Positions 20,117-29,249 of a DNA stretch of 64,000 nucleotides are shown piece after piece. The position numbers and the translations under genes are program-made. The notes under the pieces were generated by a model. That model was not told the DNA's origin and did not search any database. It worked only from the letters and a program-made list of their open reading frames with translations. Every line of letters begins with the position of its first letter. Within the stretch, counting starts at the first letter, position 1. Origin of the DNA: Kiritimatiellia bacterium (GTDB lineage Bacteria; Verrucomicrobiota; Kiritimatiellia; RFP12; JBMNHG01); the NCBI GenBank assembly GCA_050950285.1, contig JBMNHG010000003.1, forward strand, positions 616,337-680,336, given 5' to 3'.

Positions 20117-21292
20117 ATGATTACAAGGCACATGCTGCCGTCCCTGATGACGGCGCTGGACGAGACGCCCGCCGTGGCACTGCTGGGGCCGCGACAGGCG
20201 GGCAAGACCACCCTTGCGCTGGAGGTGGCCAGGCAACGCGAGACCATCTATCTGGATCTCGAATCGGATGCCGATCTGGCCAAGCTCGCCGATCCGGAAC
20301 TCTATCTCAGGCTCCACGAGGATAAGCTCGTCATCCTTGACGAGGTTCATCGCAAGCCGCATCTCTTCCGCCTGCTGCGCGGGCTCATTGATGAAGGACG
20401 GCGGCGCGGACGCGGTACGGGACGCTTTCTGGTGCTGGGCTCGGCGTCGATGGATCTGCTGCGCCAATCGAGCGAATCCCTCGCCGGACGCATCCGCTAT
20501 CTGGAACTCACGCCGTTGCACGCGGGCGAGATCGAGCCGAAGGAACTGCCCTCTCTCTGGCTGCGCGGCGGGTTCCCCATGAGCCTGCTGGCCAAAGACG
20601 GCACCGCCAGCCTGCGATGGCGGCAGGACTTCATCCGTACCTATCTCGAACGCGACATCCCGCAGCTCGGGCCGCGCATTCCGGCGGAGACGTTGCGCCG
20701 CTTATGGATCATGCTGGCGCACCAGCAGGGCGGCTTGCTGAATGCCGCCTCCCTGGCGCGTTCCCTGGCGGTGGACGGCAAGACGGTGGCCGCCTACATC
20801 GACCTTCTGGTGGATCTCCTGCTGGTACGGAGGCTTCCCCCATGGTACGGCAACACGCGCAAACGGCTTGTCAAATCCCCGAAAATCTATGTGCGCGACA
20901 GCGGCCTGACGCATGCCCTCCTGCAAATCCCCGATATCGAGGCCTTGCTGGCGCACCCCGTTGGCGGCACCAGTTGGGAGGGGCTCGTCATCGAGTCGCT
21001 GATCGCGATGGCACCGCCTGAAAGCGAGGCCTGTTTCTACAGGAGCGCGACCGGCGACGAGATCGACCTGATCCTGGAACTGCCGCATCGAGCCAGGCCA
21101 TGGGCAATCGAGGTCAAGCGCGGCCATGCTCCACGCCTGGAGCACGGTTTCCATCTTGCCTGCGAGGTGGTCAAACCGGAACGGTGCTTTGTGGTCTATA
21201 ACGGCACGGAGCGTTTCCCGATAGCCAAAGGGGTCGAGGCCGTGTCGCTGCCGGAACTCTGCCACGAACTGGATGCCATGCATCGGAAGTGA
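20117..21292 (+). CDS. AAA+ ATPase with C-terminal DUF4143 domain
   Basis: GPRQAGKT, ILDEVH, LGSAS, ESLAGR, RGGFP, TYLERDI, KSPKIYVRDSG, EIDL...AIEVK; TTGCAA-16-CATAAT promoter. Confidence 0.9.
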   Translation: MITRHMLPSLMTALDETPAVALLGPRQAGKTTLALEVARQRETIYLDLESDADLAKLADPELYLRLHEDKLVILDEVHRKPHLFRLLRGLIDEGRRRGRGTGRFLVLGSASMDLLRQSSESLAGRIRYLELTPLHAGEIEPKELPSLWLRGGFPMSLLAKDGTASLRWRQDFIRTYLERDIPQLGPRIPAETLRRLWIMLAHQQGGLLNAASLARSLAVDGKTVAAYIDLLVDLLLVRRLPPWYGNTRKRLVKSPKIYVRDSGLTHALLQIPDIEALLAHPVGGTSWEGLVIESLIAMAPPESEACFYRSATGDEIDLILELPHRARPWAIEVKRGHAPRLEHGFHLACEVVKPERCFVVYNGTERFPIAKGVEAVSLPELCHELDAMHRK

Positions 21293-21563
21293 TGGCACAA
21301 CGTGCGACCCCATCCTGCTGACGACATGGTGCCTGCCGTGCTCTACGTCAAAGGGGCCAACGCCCGCACAACCGTCTTCCCCGGCAAACGTATCGTGCTC
21401 CATCGACTTCCGAGGTCGACGTTGCCTTGTCAATTCACCCCGGGCAGGCAATCTGCAGGGTGATGAATTCCCGTCTTGCGGCGGGTCGCTTCGGGTGGTA
21501 TGCTGTCCCTACACAAGGTTCTTCCCCTCCTGATATTCCTCCTGACCGTTTTGGAGTCATCCC

Positions 21564-22865
21564 ATGCCCAAGTTCACCTACACCGCCATGGACGCCGGCG
21601 GCAAGGAAGTCCACGGCACCATCGAGGCCCCCACCCAGGCGCAGGCCATCAACCAGATCCGTGCACAAGGATTTTTCCCCACCGCCGTGAGCGGAGCGTC
21701 GGGAGCCTCCGCGCCCGCCGCCAAAGGCTCCAAGGCCGCCGCCTCGGTTCCGGGGAAGAAGAAGAGCCTGGGGTCCAAGGAACTGAAGCTCCCGTCCTGG
21801 CTCGTGGGGCGCGTGAAGCCCAAGGATTTGATGGTGATGACCCGCCAGATCGCCACGCTCATCTCCGCCGGGCTCCCCCTCCTCCGCGGCTTGCGCGTGC
21901 TCCTCAAGCAGACGAAGGTGCCCGCCCTGCGCGACGCCCTCGCCGGCATGGGCGAGGCGGTGGAAGGCGGCTCCACCTTCTCCGAGGCCCTCGCCCAGTA
22001 TCCCAAGATCTTCAACAACCTCTATGTGAACATGGTCCGCGCGGGCGAGGCGGGCGGTGTCCTCGAAGTGGTGCTGGCGCGTTTGGCCGAGTTCATGGAG
22101 AAGGCCGAGCGCATCAAGAACAAGGTGAAGGGCGCCATGACCTACCCGATCGTGGTGCTCATCGCGACGGTCGGCATCATGGCCTTCCTGCTCACCAAGG
22201 TCATCCCCCAATTCCAGCAGATTTTCGAGGAGCTGCTGGATGGCCAATCCCTCCCGGCCATCACCCTTTTCGTCATCAAGGCCAGCGAGGTCGTGAAGGG
22301 CAATTTCCTCATGGTCGTGGCCGTGATCGTGGCCATCGTGGTGCTCATCAAGCTCTGGGGCGCGACGAAGAGCGGCCGCTACATGCTGGACTTGATCAAG
22401 CTGAAGACCCCCGTGTTCGGCACCCTCCTCCAACGCACCGCCGTGGCCCGCCTCACCCGCACCCTCGGCACGCTGCTCGCCTCGGGCGTCCCCGTGCTCC
22501 AGGCCCTGAACATCGTGCGCGACACGTCGGACAACGCCGTTTTCGCCCGCGCCATGCAGAACGTCCACGACGCCGTGAAGGAAGGCGAGAACATGGCCGG
22601 TCCGATGGAACAGGCGAAGGTCTTCCCGGCGATGGTGATTTCCATGGTGGAGGTCGGCGAAGAAACGGGCGCCCTCTCCGACATGCTCATGCGCATCGCC
22701 GACACCTACGACGACGAAGTGGACAACGCCGTGGCCGGCCTCACCGCCATCATCGAGCCGATCTTGATCATCATCCTGGCCGTGGTCGTCGGCACCATCG
22801 TCGTGGCCATGTTCATGCCCATGATTTCGATCATCACCAACCTCGGCCAAGCCTCCGGGGCATAA
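21564..22865 (+). CDS. pilC: Type II secretion/type IV pilus platform protein (PilC/GspF)
   Basis: TRQIATLISAGLPL, AGEAGGVL, VKGAMTYP, GEETGAL, IEPILI. Confidence 0.92.
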   Translation: MPKFTYTAMDAGGKEVHGTIEAPTQAQAINQIRAQGFFPTAVSGASGASAPAAKGSKAAASVPGKKKSLGSKELKLPSWLVGRVKPKDLMVMTRQIATLISAGLPLLRGLRVLLKQTKVPALRDALAGMGEAVEGGSTFSEALAQYPKIFNNLYVNMVRAGEAGGVLEVVLARLAEFMEKAERIKNKVKGAMTYPIVVLIATVGIMAFLLTKVIPQFQQIFEELLDGQSLPAITLFVIKASEVVKGNFLMVVAVIVAIVVLIKLWGATKSGRYMLDLIKLKTPVFGTLLQRTAVARLTRTLGTLLASGVPVLQALNIVRDTSDNAVFARAMQNVHDAVKEGENMAGPMEQAKVFPAMVISMVEVGEETGALSDMLMRIADTYDDEVDNAVAGLTAIIEPILIIILAVVVGTIVVAMFMPMISIITNLGQASGA

Positions 22866-22903
22866 CGCCGCCCGGAGCGCAAGGCTTCGAAAGGAGTCCG
22901 AAC

Positions 22904-23689
22904 ATGCAACACACTCCGCACGGATCCAAACGCCAGGGCTTCACCCTGGTGGAGATGCTGGTGGTCATCCTCCTGATTGCCGTCCTCGCGGGCATCGCCT
23001 TCCGGCTGACGACCCTCGCCAACGAACGCACGGCCAAGGCGGTCACCCTCGCCCGCCTCGCGAAGCTCCAGGCCGCCATCGAGGAGTTTTACGCCGAGTA
23101 CGGGCAGTATCCGCCCGTGCCCGTCTATCCCGGCATCGGCCAGCCCATGATGTACGAATATCCGAACGGCCGCCAGATCGCGATCTCGGGCAAGGCCGGC
23201 AACATCCGGAATACGAACCAGCAGGCCAGCGGCTGGGAAGATGCCTGGAGCAAGGCTCCCGTCTTCACCTTCGGGCTCATGTCGTTCCTGCTTCCCCGCT
23301 ACAACGACATCGAAAACGCGGACTACGAGAGATTCGGCAACTTCGTGGGGGGCGCATCGGCCAGCAAGGATACCTTCACGCTCGATGGGACCTTCCTGCA
23401 ATGGTCTGCCCACAGCTCGATCGAAGACAGCGGGAAGGACAATTCGCGCGACCTTGCCGCCTGCCGCCGGTGGTGGCCCTACCTCGACGGCATCGTGGAT
23501 TTCCGCGACGACCTGCCGTCGGAAGCTTCGTTCCGAAACCCCTCGGTGAGGGGGTACACCAACTCGTACGCGACGGTTCGCGACGGCTGGGACCACGAGC
23601 TCTACTACAGGTCCTCCCCGCCCTACCAGACCTACGAACTCTATGCCTTGCGCAACGGGAAGAAGATCGAAGCGCACGCCGGCCATTGA
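22904..23689 (+). CDS. Prepilin-type N-terminal cleavage/methylation protein
   Basis: KRQG-FTLVEMLVVILLIAVLAG class III signal; DGW pseudopilin-like motif; AAGGAG RBS. Confidence 0.85.
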   Translation: MQHTPHGSKRQGFTLVEMLVVILLIAVLAGIAFRLTTLANERTAKAVTLARLAKLQAAIEEFYAEYGQYPPVPVYPGIGQPMMYEYPNGRQIAISGKAGNIRNTNQQASGWEDAWSKAPVFTFGLMSFLLPRYNDIENADYERFGNFVGGASASKDTFTLDGTFLQWSAHSSIEDSGKDNSRDLAACRRWWPYLDGIVDFRDDLPSEASFRNPSVRGYTNSYATVRDGWDHELYYRSSPPYQTYELYALRNGKKIEAHAGH

Positions 23690-23747
23690 TTCCCCTGCGT
23701 CATCCTCCGCCCACCTGCCACTCTATCCTTACCAACCTCCGATCCCC

Positions 23748-24308
23748 ATGAAATCCTCCGGCTTCACCCTCGTCGAGATGCTGGTTGTCGTCGCCATCAT
23801 CGCCCTTCTCACCAGCGCCGCCACCGTTTCGTTCAAAGGCGTCCGCAACCACGGATGGCGGACCCGCGACCGTTCGACCGCCCAGCAGATCGCCACGGCC
23901 TGGAGCGTCTATCTCCAAGAGGAGCGCTCGTTCGATTTCAGGGGCAAAACATCCCACCCCCCCGGGGGGACGGGCCCCTTCGAGACCACCCAGAAGAACC
24001 TGTGGCCCATCGCGCCCTTCGAGGAGGAAACCGATGCGAACGGCAACAAGGTCTGGCTTGCCAAAGACACGGTCTACTTCGAAATCTCCGGCGAGGAACT
24101 CACCCGCGGCAAGGAGATCGCCAGAGCGATGCACGACAGCGAGGGAGGCCTCTTCGACCACTGGAAAAACCGTTTCAAGTTCTCGCTGGACCACGACTAC
24201 GACAGCGAGGTTACCGCCCCGGATCTCGCCGTCAAGAAGGCCTCCGCCATCGCCTGGAGCACCTGCGGGACCTCCAACTCCAAACGATGGGCCGTCTGCT
24301 GGCAATAG
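23748..24308 (+). CDS. Prepilin-type N-terminal cleavage/methylation protein
   Basis: KSSG-FTLVEMLVVVAIIALL; DHW motif. Confidence 0.85.
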   Translation: MKSSGFTLVEMLVVVAIIALLTSAATVSFKGVRNHGWRTRDRSTAQQIATAWSVYLQEERSFDFRGKTSHPPGGTGPFETTQKNLWPIAPFEEETDANGNKVWLAKDTVYFEISGEELTRGKEIARAMHDSEGGLFDHWKNRFKFSLDHDYDSEVTAPDLAVKKASAIAWSTCGTSNSKRWAVCWQ

Positions 24309-24368
24309 GGAAAGGGTGCAAGGGCGAAGCGCGGCGGAGAGCCCGCCGCCTTTACGCGAAGGAGACCG

Positions 24369-24797
24369 ATGGACTACCCGATCCGGCACGTGACGAAACT
24401 CCGGGTGGCCTACTACGACACCGACCGGATGGGCGTGGTATGGCATGGCAACTACCTCAAGTACTTTGAAATCGCCCGGGAGGCGTTGCTCCGCGCACAC
24501 GGGCTCCCCTATTCGGAAATCGAAAAGGCCGGGGTGATGATGCCGATTTCCGATGCGCAGGTCCGGTATCTGCGGCCCGCCGTCTACGACGAAATCCTGT
24601 TCGTGGAAGCCGTCGTCGAAGAGCCGCCGCGGGCCACCATCCACGTTGCGTACACCATCCGGAACGAAGCGGGCGAGACGAACGCGACCGGCAGCACGAC
24701 GCTGGCTTTCGTCGACGCCGCCACCCGCCGGCCCTGCCGCCCGCCCAACGCGCTTCGCCGGCGCGGCGGGCAAGCGGCGGACGTGGACGGGCCGTGA
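24369..24797 (+). CDS. Acyl-CoA thioesterase (YbgC/FadM hotdog family)
   Basis: RVAYYDTDRMGVVWHGNYLKYFE.AR; AAGGAG RBS. Confidence 0.9.
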   Translation: MDYPIRHVTKLRVAYYDTDRMGVVWHGNYLKYFEIAREALLRAHGLPYSEIEKAGVMMPISDAQVRYLRPAVYDEILFVEAVVEEPPRATIHVAYTIRNEAGETNATGSTTLAFVDAATRRPCRPPNALRRRGGQAADVDGP

Positions 24798-24840
24798 CGA
24801 GGACGCTCCGGAAATACAGGACGACAAGGAAAGTCCCGCC

Positions 24841-24948
24841 ATGTCCACTCCCATGACCTCCCGGGAACGCGTGCAACGGTGCGTCCGCTTCGAAACCCCC
24901 GACCGCATCCCCCGCGACCTCTCCCGCTCTTCTTCGAATCGTCCATGA
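24841..24948 (+). pseudogene. 35-codon remnant resembling the N-terminus of a uroporphyrinogen-decarboxylase/MtaA-like protein
   Basis: MTSRERVQRCVRFETPDRIPRDL matches the MTxRERV...F.PDR.P start typical of that family; AAGGA RBS; stop overlaps the rdgB ATG. Confidence 0.45.
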
Positions 24949-25541
24949 AGCTTCTTCTCGCCACCCGCAATCGCCACAAACTCGCTGAAATCCGCGACAT
25001 CTTCTCGCTTCCCCACTGCGAGCTGCTTGCGTCGGACGACGTGCCGGGGCTCCCCGCCGACCTCGAAGAGGACGCGGACACCTTCGAGGGCAACGCCCTC
25101 AAGAAGGCTCGTGCGCTGCGGGATGCGTCGGGCTTGTGGACGTTGGCCGACGATTCCGGGCTCGAGGTCGCCGCGCTGGGAGGAGCCCCGGGCGTCCACT
25201 CCGCCCGTTTCGCCGGCGAGCCGTGCGACCACGCCCGGAACAACGCGAAGCTCCTCGCGGCCCTCTCGGGCGTTGCCGACCGGCGCGCCCGCTTCCGGTG
25301 CGTGCTCGCCCTCTGCGCGCCGGACGGCCGCGAATGGACGCTCGAAGGCGTCTGCAATGGAACGATCGCCGAATCCCCCTCCGGCGAAGAGGGGTTCGGG
25401 TACGACCCGCTCTTCCTGCCCGAAGGGTCGCCGGCGAGTTTCGCGGCGATGCCCTCCGCCGAAAAAAACCGCATTTCCCACCGGGCCCGCGCCCTGGCCC
25501 TGGCCGCCGTGCAATGGCGGGGGCTCCTTTCCTACCCATAA
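24945..25541 (+). CDS. rdgB: Non-canonical purine NTP pyrophosphatase (RdgB/HAM1)
   Basis: LATRNRHKLAE, ADDSGL, PGVHSARF, GFGYDPLF, KNRISHR. Confidence 0.95.
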   Translation: MKLLLATRNRHKLAEIRDIFSLPHCELLASDDVPGLPADLEEDADTFEGNALKKARALRDASGLWTLADDSGLEVAALGGAPGVHSARFAGEPCDHARNNAKLLAALSGVADRRARFRCVLALCAPDGREWTLEGVCNGTIAESPSGEEGFGYDPLFLPEGSPASFAAMPSAEKNRISHRARALALAAVQWRGLLSYP

Positions 25542-25560
25542 TCCCTCTCCTGTCGCAGCC

Positions 25561-26382
25561 ATGTCCGAACCTTCCCGTGAACAACCCTCGTCCGGATGGA
25601 TTGCCCCGCTTCCCGTGGGAGGCCGCTCCTTCTGGCAATTGCTCGCCCCCTTCGGCGTACCGTATGCGCTGTATGTGGCGGTGCCGTCCCTTGTCCCCTC
25701 CTCGTTCGAGCCGTGGCAGGGGCAGGCCATCCGCTTTGTTGCCGTTCTCGCGTCCCTCCTCTTCTTCCGCCGCTCCTACGCCACCGTCTTCCGGAGTCCG
25801 GCGGACCCGTCGAAGCGGCGCGCCGCGTTTCTGCTCCCCCTTCTGCTGGCGCCCCTGGCGCTCGTGCTGTGGATTGCGCCGTATGCGCTGGTTCTCCTGT
25901 CGCGCAAGCTTCCCGCCGACGCCGCCGAGGCCGCGGGATGGCTCGGCCATGCGAACGCGCTGGTGGAACGCTTCCCCGCCGGACGCCCCTACGCCATTTT
26001 CCGGCTGGCGAACTCCGTGTTGCTGGCGCCCCTCGTCGAAGAGCTGCTGATGCGCGCGCACCTCCCCCACTGGATGGAGCAGACCGCGGAGAAGGCGAAA
26101 CGCGACAAGGTCGACTGGGATCGCGTCGTCTTCTCCACCTTGGACGAGGTGCCCCATGCGCTTTCCGCCCCGCCCACGCGCTGGGCCGCGACCCTTCCCG
26201 CCACCATCGCCTTCGCGGCGGGCCACGTTCCGGCGGAATACCCCTCCGCCGCGATCTACTACCTGCTCGCCACGTGGCTCTACCGCCGCACGCGCTCCTT
26301 CGGCGCGTGCGTGGCCGTGCACGTCCTCGTCAATCTGTTGGTGGGGCTTTTGGCCCTGTGCGGCTGGACCTTCCTTTGGTAG
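25561..26382 (+). CDS. CPBP/CAAX-family intramembrane metalloprotease
   Basis: Multi-TM; PLVEELLMR, FAAGH, HVLVN motifs. Confidence 0.8.
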   Translation: MSEPSREQPSSGWIAPLPVGGRSFWQLLAPFGVPYALYVAVPSLVPSSFEPWQGQAIRFVAVLASLLFFRRSYATVFRSPADPSKRRAAFLLPLLLAPLALVLWIAPYALVLLSRKLPADAAEAAGWLGHANALVERFPAGRPYAIFRLANSVLLAPLVEELLMRAHLPHWMEQTAEKAKRDKVDWDRVVFSTLDEVPHALSAPPTRWAATLPATIAFAAGHVPAEYPSAAIYYLLATWLYRRTRSFGACVAVHVLVNLLVGLLALCGWTFLW

Positions 26383-26400
26383 GCCCGCGAACCCGCCGGA

Positions 26401-27138
26401 TCAGGCGGGCTTCCCCCACCAGGCGAGGAACTCGACGTTCCCCCGGGGGCCCGCGAGGGGCGAAGGGGCGAGCCCCTTCCACTCCAGGGAGAGCTCTTCG
26501 ACGCCGAAGCGCCGGATCGCCTGGCAGACCGCCTCGCGCACGGCCGGATCGCGCACCACGCCGCGCGGCGCCTGGGCGCGGCCCGCCTCGAACTGCGGCT
26601 TGATGAGCGTCACCGCCTGGCCGCCCGGAAGCAGCACCTCCGCCATCCGCGGCAGGATCAGCTTCAGCGAGATGAAGGAAACGTCCGCCGTCGCGAAATG
26701 CGGGCGGTACGGGATGTCCGCAGCCGTGAGGAAGCGCGCGTTGAAGCCTTCGATGACCGTCACCCGCGGATCCCGCCGGATCTTCCCGTGGAGCTGCGCG
26801 TGGCCCACGTCGAGGGCGATTACGCGTGCCGCGCCGTGCTGGAGCATGCAATCGGTGAAACCGCCGGTGGAGGCGCCCACGTCGAGGCAGTCGAGCCCCG
26901 CCACATCGAGGGCGAAGGCGGCGAAGGCGCCTTCGAGCTTTTCGCCGCCCCGGCTCACGAAGCGGGGTGGGGCGACGCGCTCGATTCCGATGTCCGGCGG
27001 ATAGCGCTGGCCGGCCTTCGTGGCGGGATGGCCGTTGACGCGGATGTCGCCGGCGAGGATGAGGCGTTGCGCCTGCTCGCGGCTTTCGGCGAGTCCTCGC
27101 GCGGCGACCAGCACGTCGAGGCGTTCCTTCGGATTCAT
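26401..27138 (-). CDS. tlyA: TlyA family RNA methyltransferase
   Basis: KERLDVL, FVSRGGEKL, DVGASTGGFTDC, DVSFISL, KPQFE, GNVEF. Confidence 0.95.
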   Translation of the reverse strand: MNPKERLDVLVAARGLAESREQAQRLILAGDIRVNGHPATKAGQRYPPDIGIERVAPPRFVSRGGEKLEGAFAAFALDVAGLDCLDVGASTGGFTDCMLQHGAARVIALDVGHAQLHGKIRRDPRVTVIEGFNARFLTAADIPYRPHFATADVSFISLKLILPRMAEVLLPGGQAVTLIKPQFEAGRAQAPRGVVRDPAVREAVCQAIRRFGVEELSLEWKGLAPSPLAGPRGNVEFLAWWGKPA

Positions 27139-29078
27139 GCGTCCTCGCCCTTCGAAGGGGCGGTTGCCGCGGGATCGCGCTCCGCCAGGCGGCTGCGGAT
27201 TCGGCCGGCGATTGCCTGGCGGGAGAGGCCCGCCCGCTCGCGCAGGAGATCCGTGGGCCCCTGGCCCTGGAAGCGGTCGGGCCAGCCGAAGCGAAGAACC
27301 GGCGCCTCGATCCCCAGCGCATCGAGGGTCTCGGAAAGGGCCGAGCCGAATCCGCCGGCCACGGCGCCGTTCTCGAACGTCGCAAAAAGCGGCGCGCCGT
27401 TTTTGGCCTGCTCCGCGAGCAGCGCGCCGTCGAGGGGCTTGAGGAAGCGGGCGTTCACGATGCCGGCGCGGACGCCGTGCCCCGCGAGTTCGTCGCGCAC
27501 CTGCCCCGCGAGGGGGAGCATGTCGCCCAGCGCCCAGAGCCAGACGAGGGGGCTTGGGGCCTTCCGTTCCACCTTCGCATCCGGAGGCGGAGGCTCCGCC
27601 ACCACCTCGGCCGTGCCGTACGCGGGCGGGGCGAAGGTCTCGGGAAGGGGGAGCCCGGGGCCGCGGTCGCGCGGGTAGCGGATGACGCTGGGTCCGGGGA
27701 GGGAGAGGGCCAGGCCCAGCATCCCGGCGAGTTCGGGCTCGTCGGCGGGCTGCATCACCGTGAGGTTCGGAAGGGCGCGCAGCATCGGGATGTCGAAAAC
27801 CCCGTGGTGGGTGGGCCCGTCGGCGCCGACCACCCCGGCGCGGTCGAGACAGAAGACCACCGGGAGATTCTGCAGGCAGACGTCGTGCATCGCGGCGTCC
27901 ACGGCGCGCTGCATGAAGGTGGAGTAGAGCGCGACCACGGGGCGCATCCCGGCGGCGGCAAGGCCGGCGGCGAAGACCGCGGCATGCTCCTCGCAGATGC
28001 CGGTGTCGAAGAAGCGGTCGGGGAAGCGCTCGGCGAAGCGGGCAAGCCCCGTGCCGTCGCGCATGGCGGCGGTGATGGCGACGATGCGGCGGTCCTTCCC
28101 GGCGAGGCGCGAGAGCGCCTCCCCGAACGCATGGGAATAGCCGGGCTTCGAGGCGGAGAGTTCGCCCGTCCCCGCATTGAAGGGGCCGACGCCGTGCCAC
28201 CGCTCCGGCGCGCACTCCGCCGGCGTGTAGCCGTGGCCCTTGTGGGTGGACACGTGCACGAGGATCGGACGGTCGTAGTCGCGGGCGATGCGGAGGGCCT
28301 TCGCGAGATGGGGGAGGTTGTGCCCATCGACCGGCCCGATGTAGCGCAGGCCGAACTCCTCGAAGAGCACATTGCCCACGAAAAGGCTCTTGATGGCGGA
28401 TTCCACCCGATGGTAGACGTGCTGAAGGAACGACAGGTGGAGGCGATGGGCGACATACTCGATGCGCGCCTTGAGCACGTTGTAGCGGCGGGAGGTGAGC
28501 AGGCGGCCGAGATAGCGCGAAAGGGCGCCCACGTTGCCCGAGATCGACATTTCGTTGTCGTTCAGCACGACAATCAGGCGTTTCGCCGTGCCGGCCACGT
28601 TGTTGAGCGCCTCGAACGAGATGCCGTTGCCCATGGCGGCGTCGCCCACGACCGCCACGACGTGTTCCTTCCCGCCGGCGCGGTCCCGGGCGACGGCGAG
28701 GCCGAGGGCCGCGGAGAGCGCGGTGCCGGCATGCCCCCCGCCATAGGCGTCGAAAGGGCTTTCGTCGCGGCGCGGGAAGCCGGACAGCCCGTCCGGCTTG
28801 CGAAGGGTGTGGAAACGGTCCGCGCGCCCCGTGAGCAGCTTCCAGGCATAGGTCTGGTGGCCGACGTCCCACACCACCTGGTCCTCCGGCGGATCGAACA
28901 CGCGAAGAAGGGCGAGCGTGAGCTCCACCGTGCCCAGATTCGCGGCCAGATGCCCCCCGTTCCGGCTCACCGTGGCGACGATGCGCTCCCGCACTTCGGC
29001 GGCAAGCACCTCCAGCTGATCGTAGCCCAACCGCTTGATGTCGTCCGGCCCCTGGAGGTTGTCGAGGAATGAATCCAT
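27135..29078 (-). CDS. dxs: 1-deoxy-D-xylulose-5-phosphate synthase
   Basis: GGHLAANLG, WDVGHQTY, GDAA...LNDNEMSI, GICEEHA, DGPTHHG; start placed at 29078 from TTGAAC-18-TATGAT promoter spacing. Confidence 0.96.
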   Translation of the reverse strand: MDSFLDNLQGPDDIKRLGYDQLEVLAAEVRERIVATVSRNGGHLAANLGTVELTLALLRVFDPPEDQVVWDVGHQTYAWKLLTGRADRFHTLRKPDGLSGFPRRDESPFDAYGGGHAGTALSAALGLAVARDRAGGKEHVVAVVGDAAMGNGISFEALNNVAGTAKRLIVVLNDNEMSISGNVGALSRYLGRLLTSRRYNVLKARIEYVAHRLHLSFLQHVYHRVESAIKSLFVGNVLFEEFGLRYIGPVDGHNLPHLAKALRIARDYDRPILVHVSTHKGHGYTPAECAPERWHGVGPFNAGTGELSASKPGYSHAFGEALSRLAGKDRRIVAITAAMRDGTGLARFAERFPDRFFDTGICEEHAAVFAAGLAAAGMRPVVALYSTFMQRAVDAAMHDVCLQNLPVVFCLDRAGVVGADGPTHHGVFDIPMLRALPNLTVMQPADEPELAGMLGLALSLPGPSVIRYPRDRGPGLPLPETFAPPAYGTAEVVAEPPPPDAKVERKAPSPLVWLWALGDMLPLAGQVRDELAGHGVRAGIVNARFLKPLDGALLAEQAKNGAPLFATFENGAVAGGFGSALSETLDALGIEAPVLRFGWPDRFQGQGPTDLLRERAGLSRQAIAGRIRSRLAERDPAATAPSKGEDA

Positions 29079-29249
29079 GCCGTCCATCATATCCCAACCC
29101 CGATTGGAAGTTCAACGGATGAATCGCGCCTGTGCGGATTCGGTGCGGATTCGTGGCCCGCCCGGATTGACAACCGGGGGGGGCGGGTGATACCGTGGCA
29201 TGTTGTGTCTGCCGCCACTGCCAAGCCGCGGGATTCCGCTCTTTCCCCT

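Noticed and set aside
21564..24308. pilC and prepilins as the export machine of the putative toxin
   Set aside because: They lie about 28 kb away among housekeeping genes, and nothing in the sequence links them.
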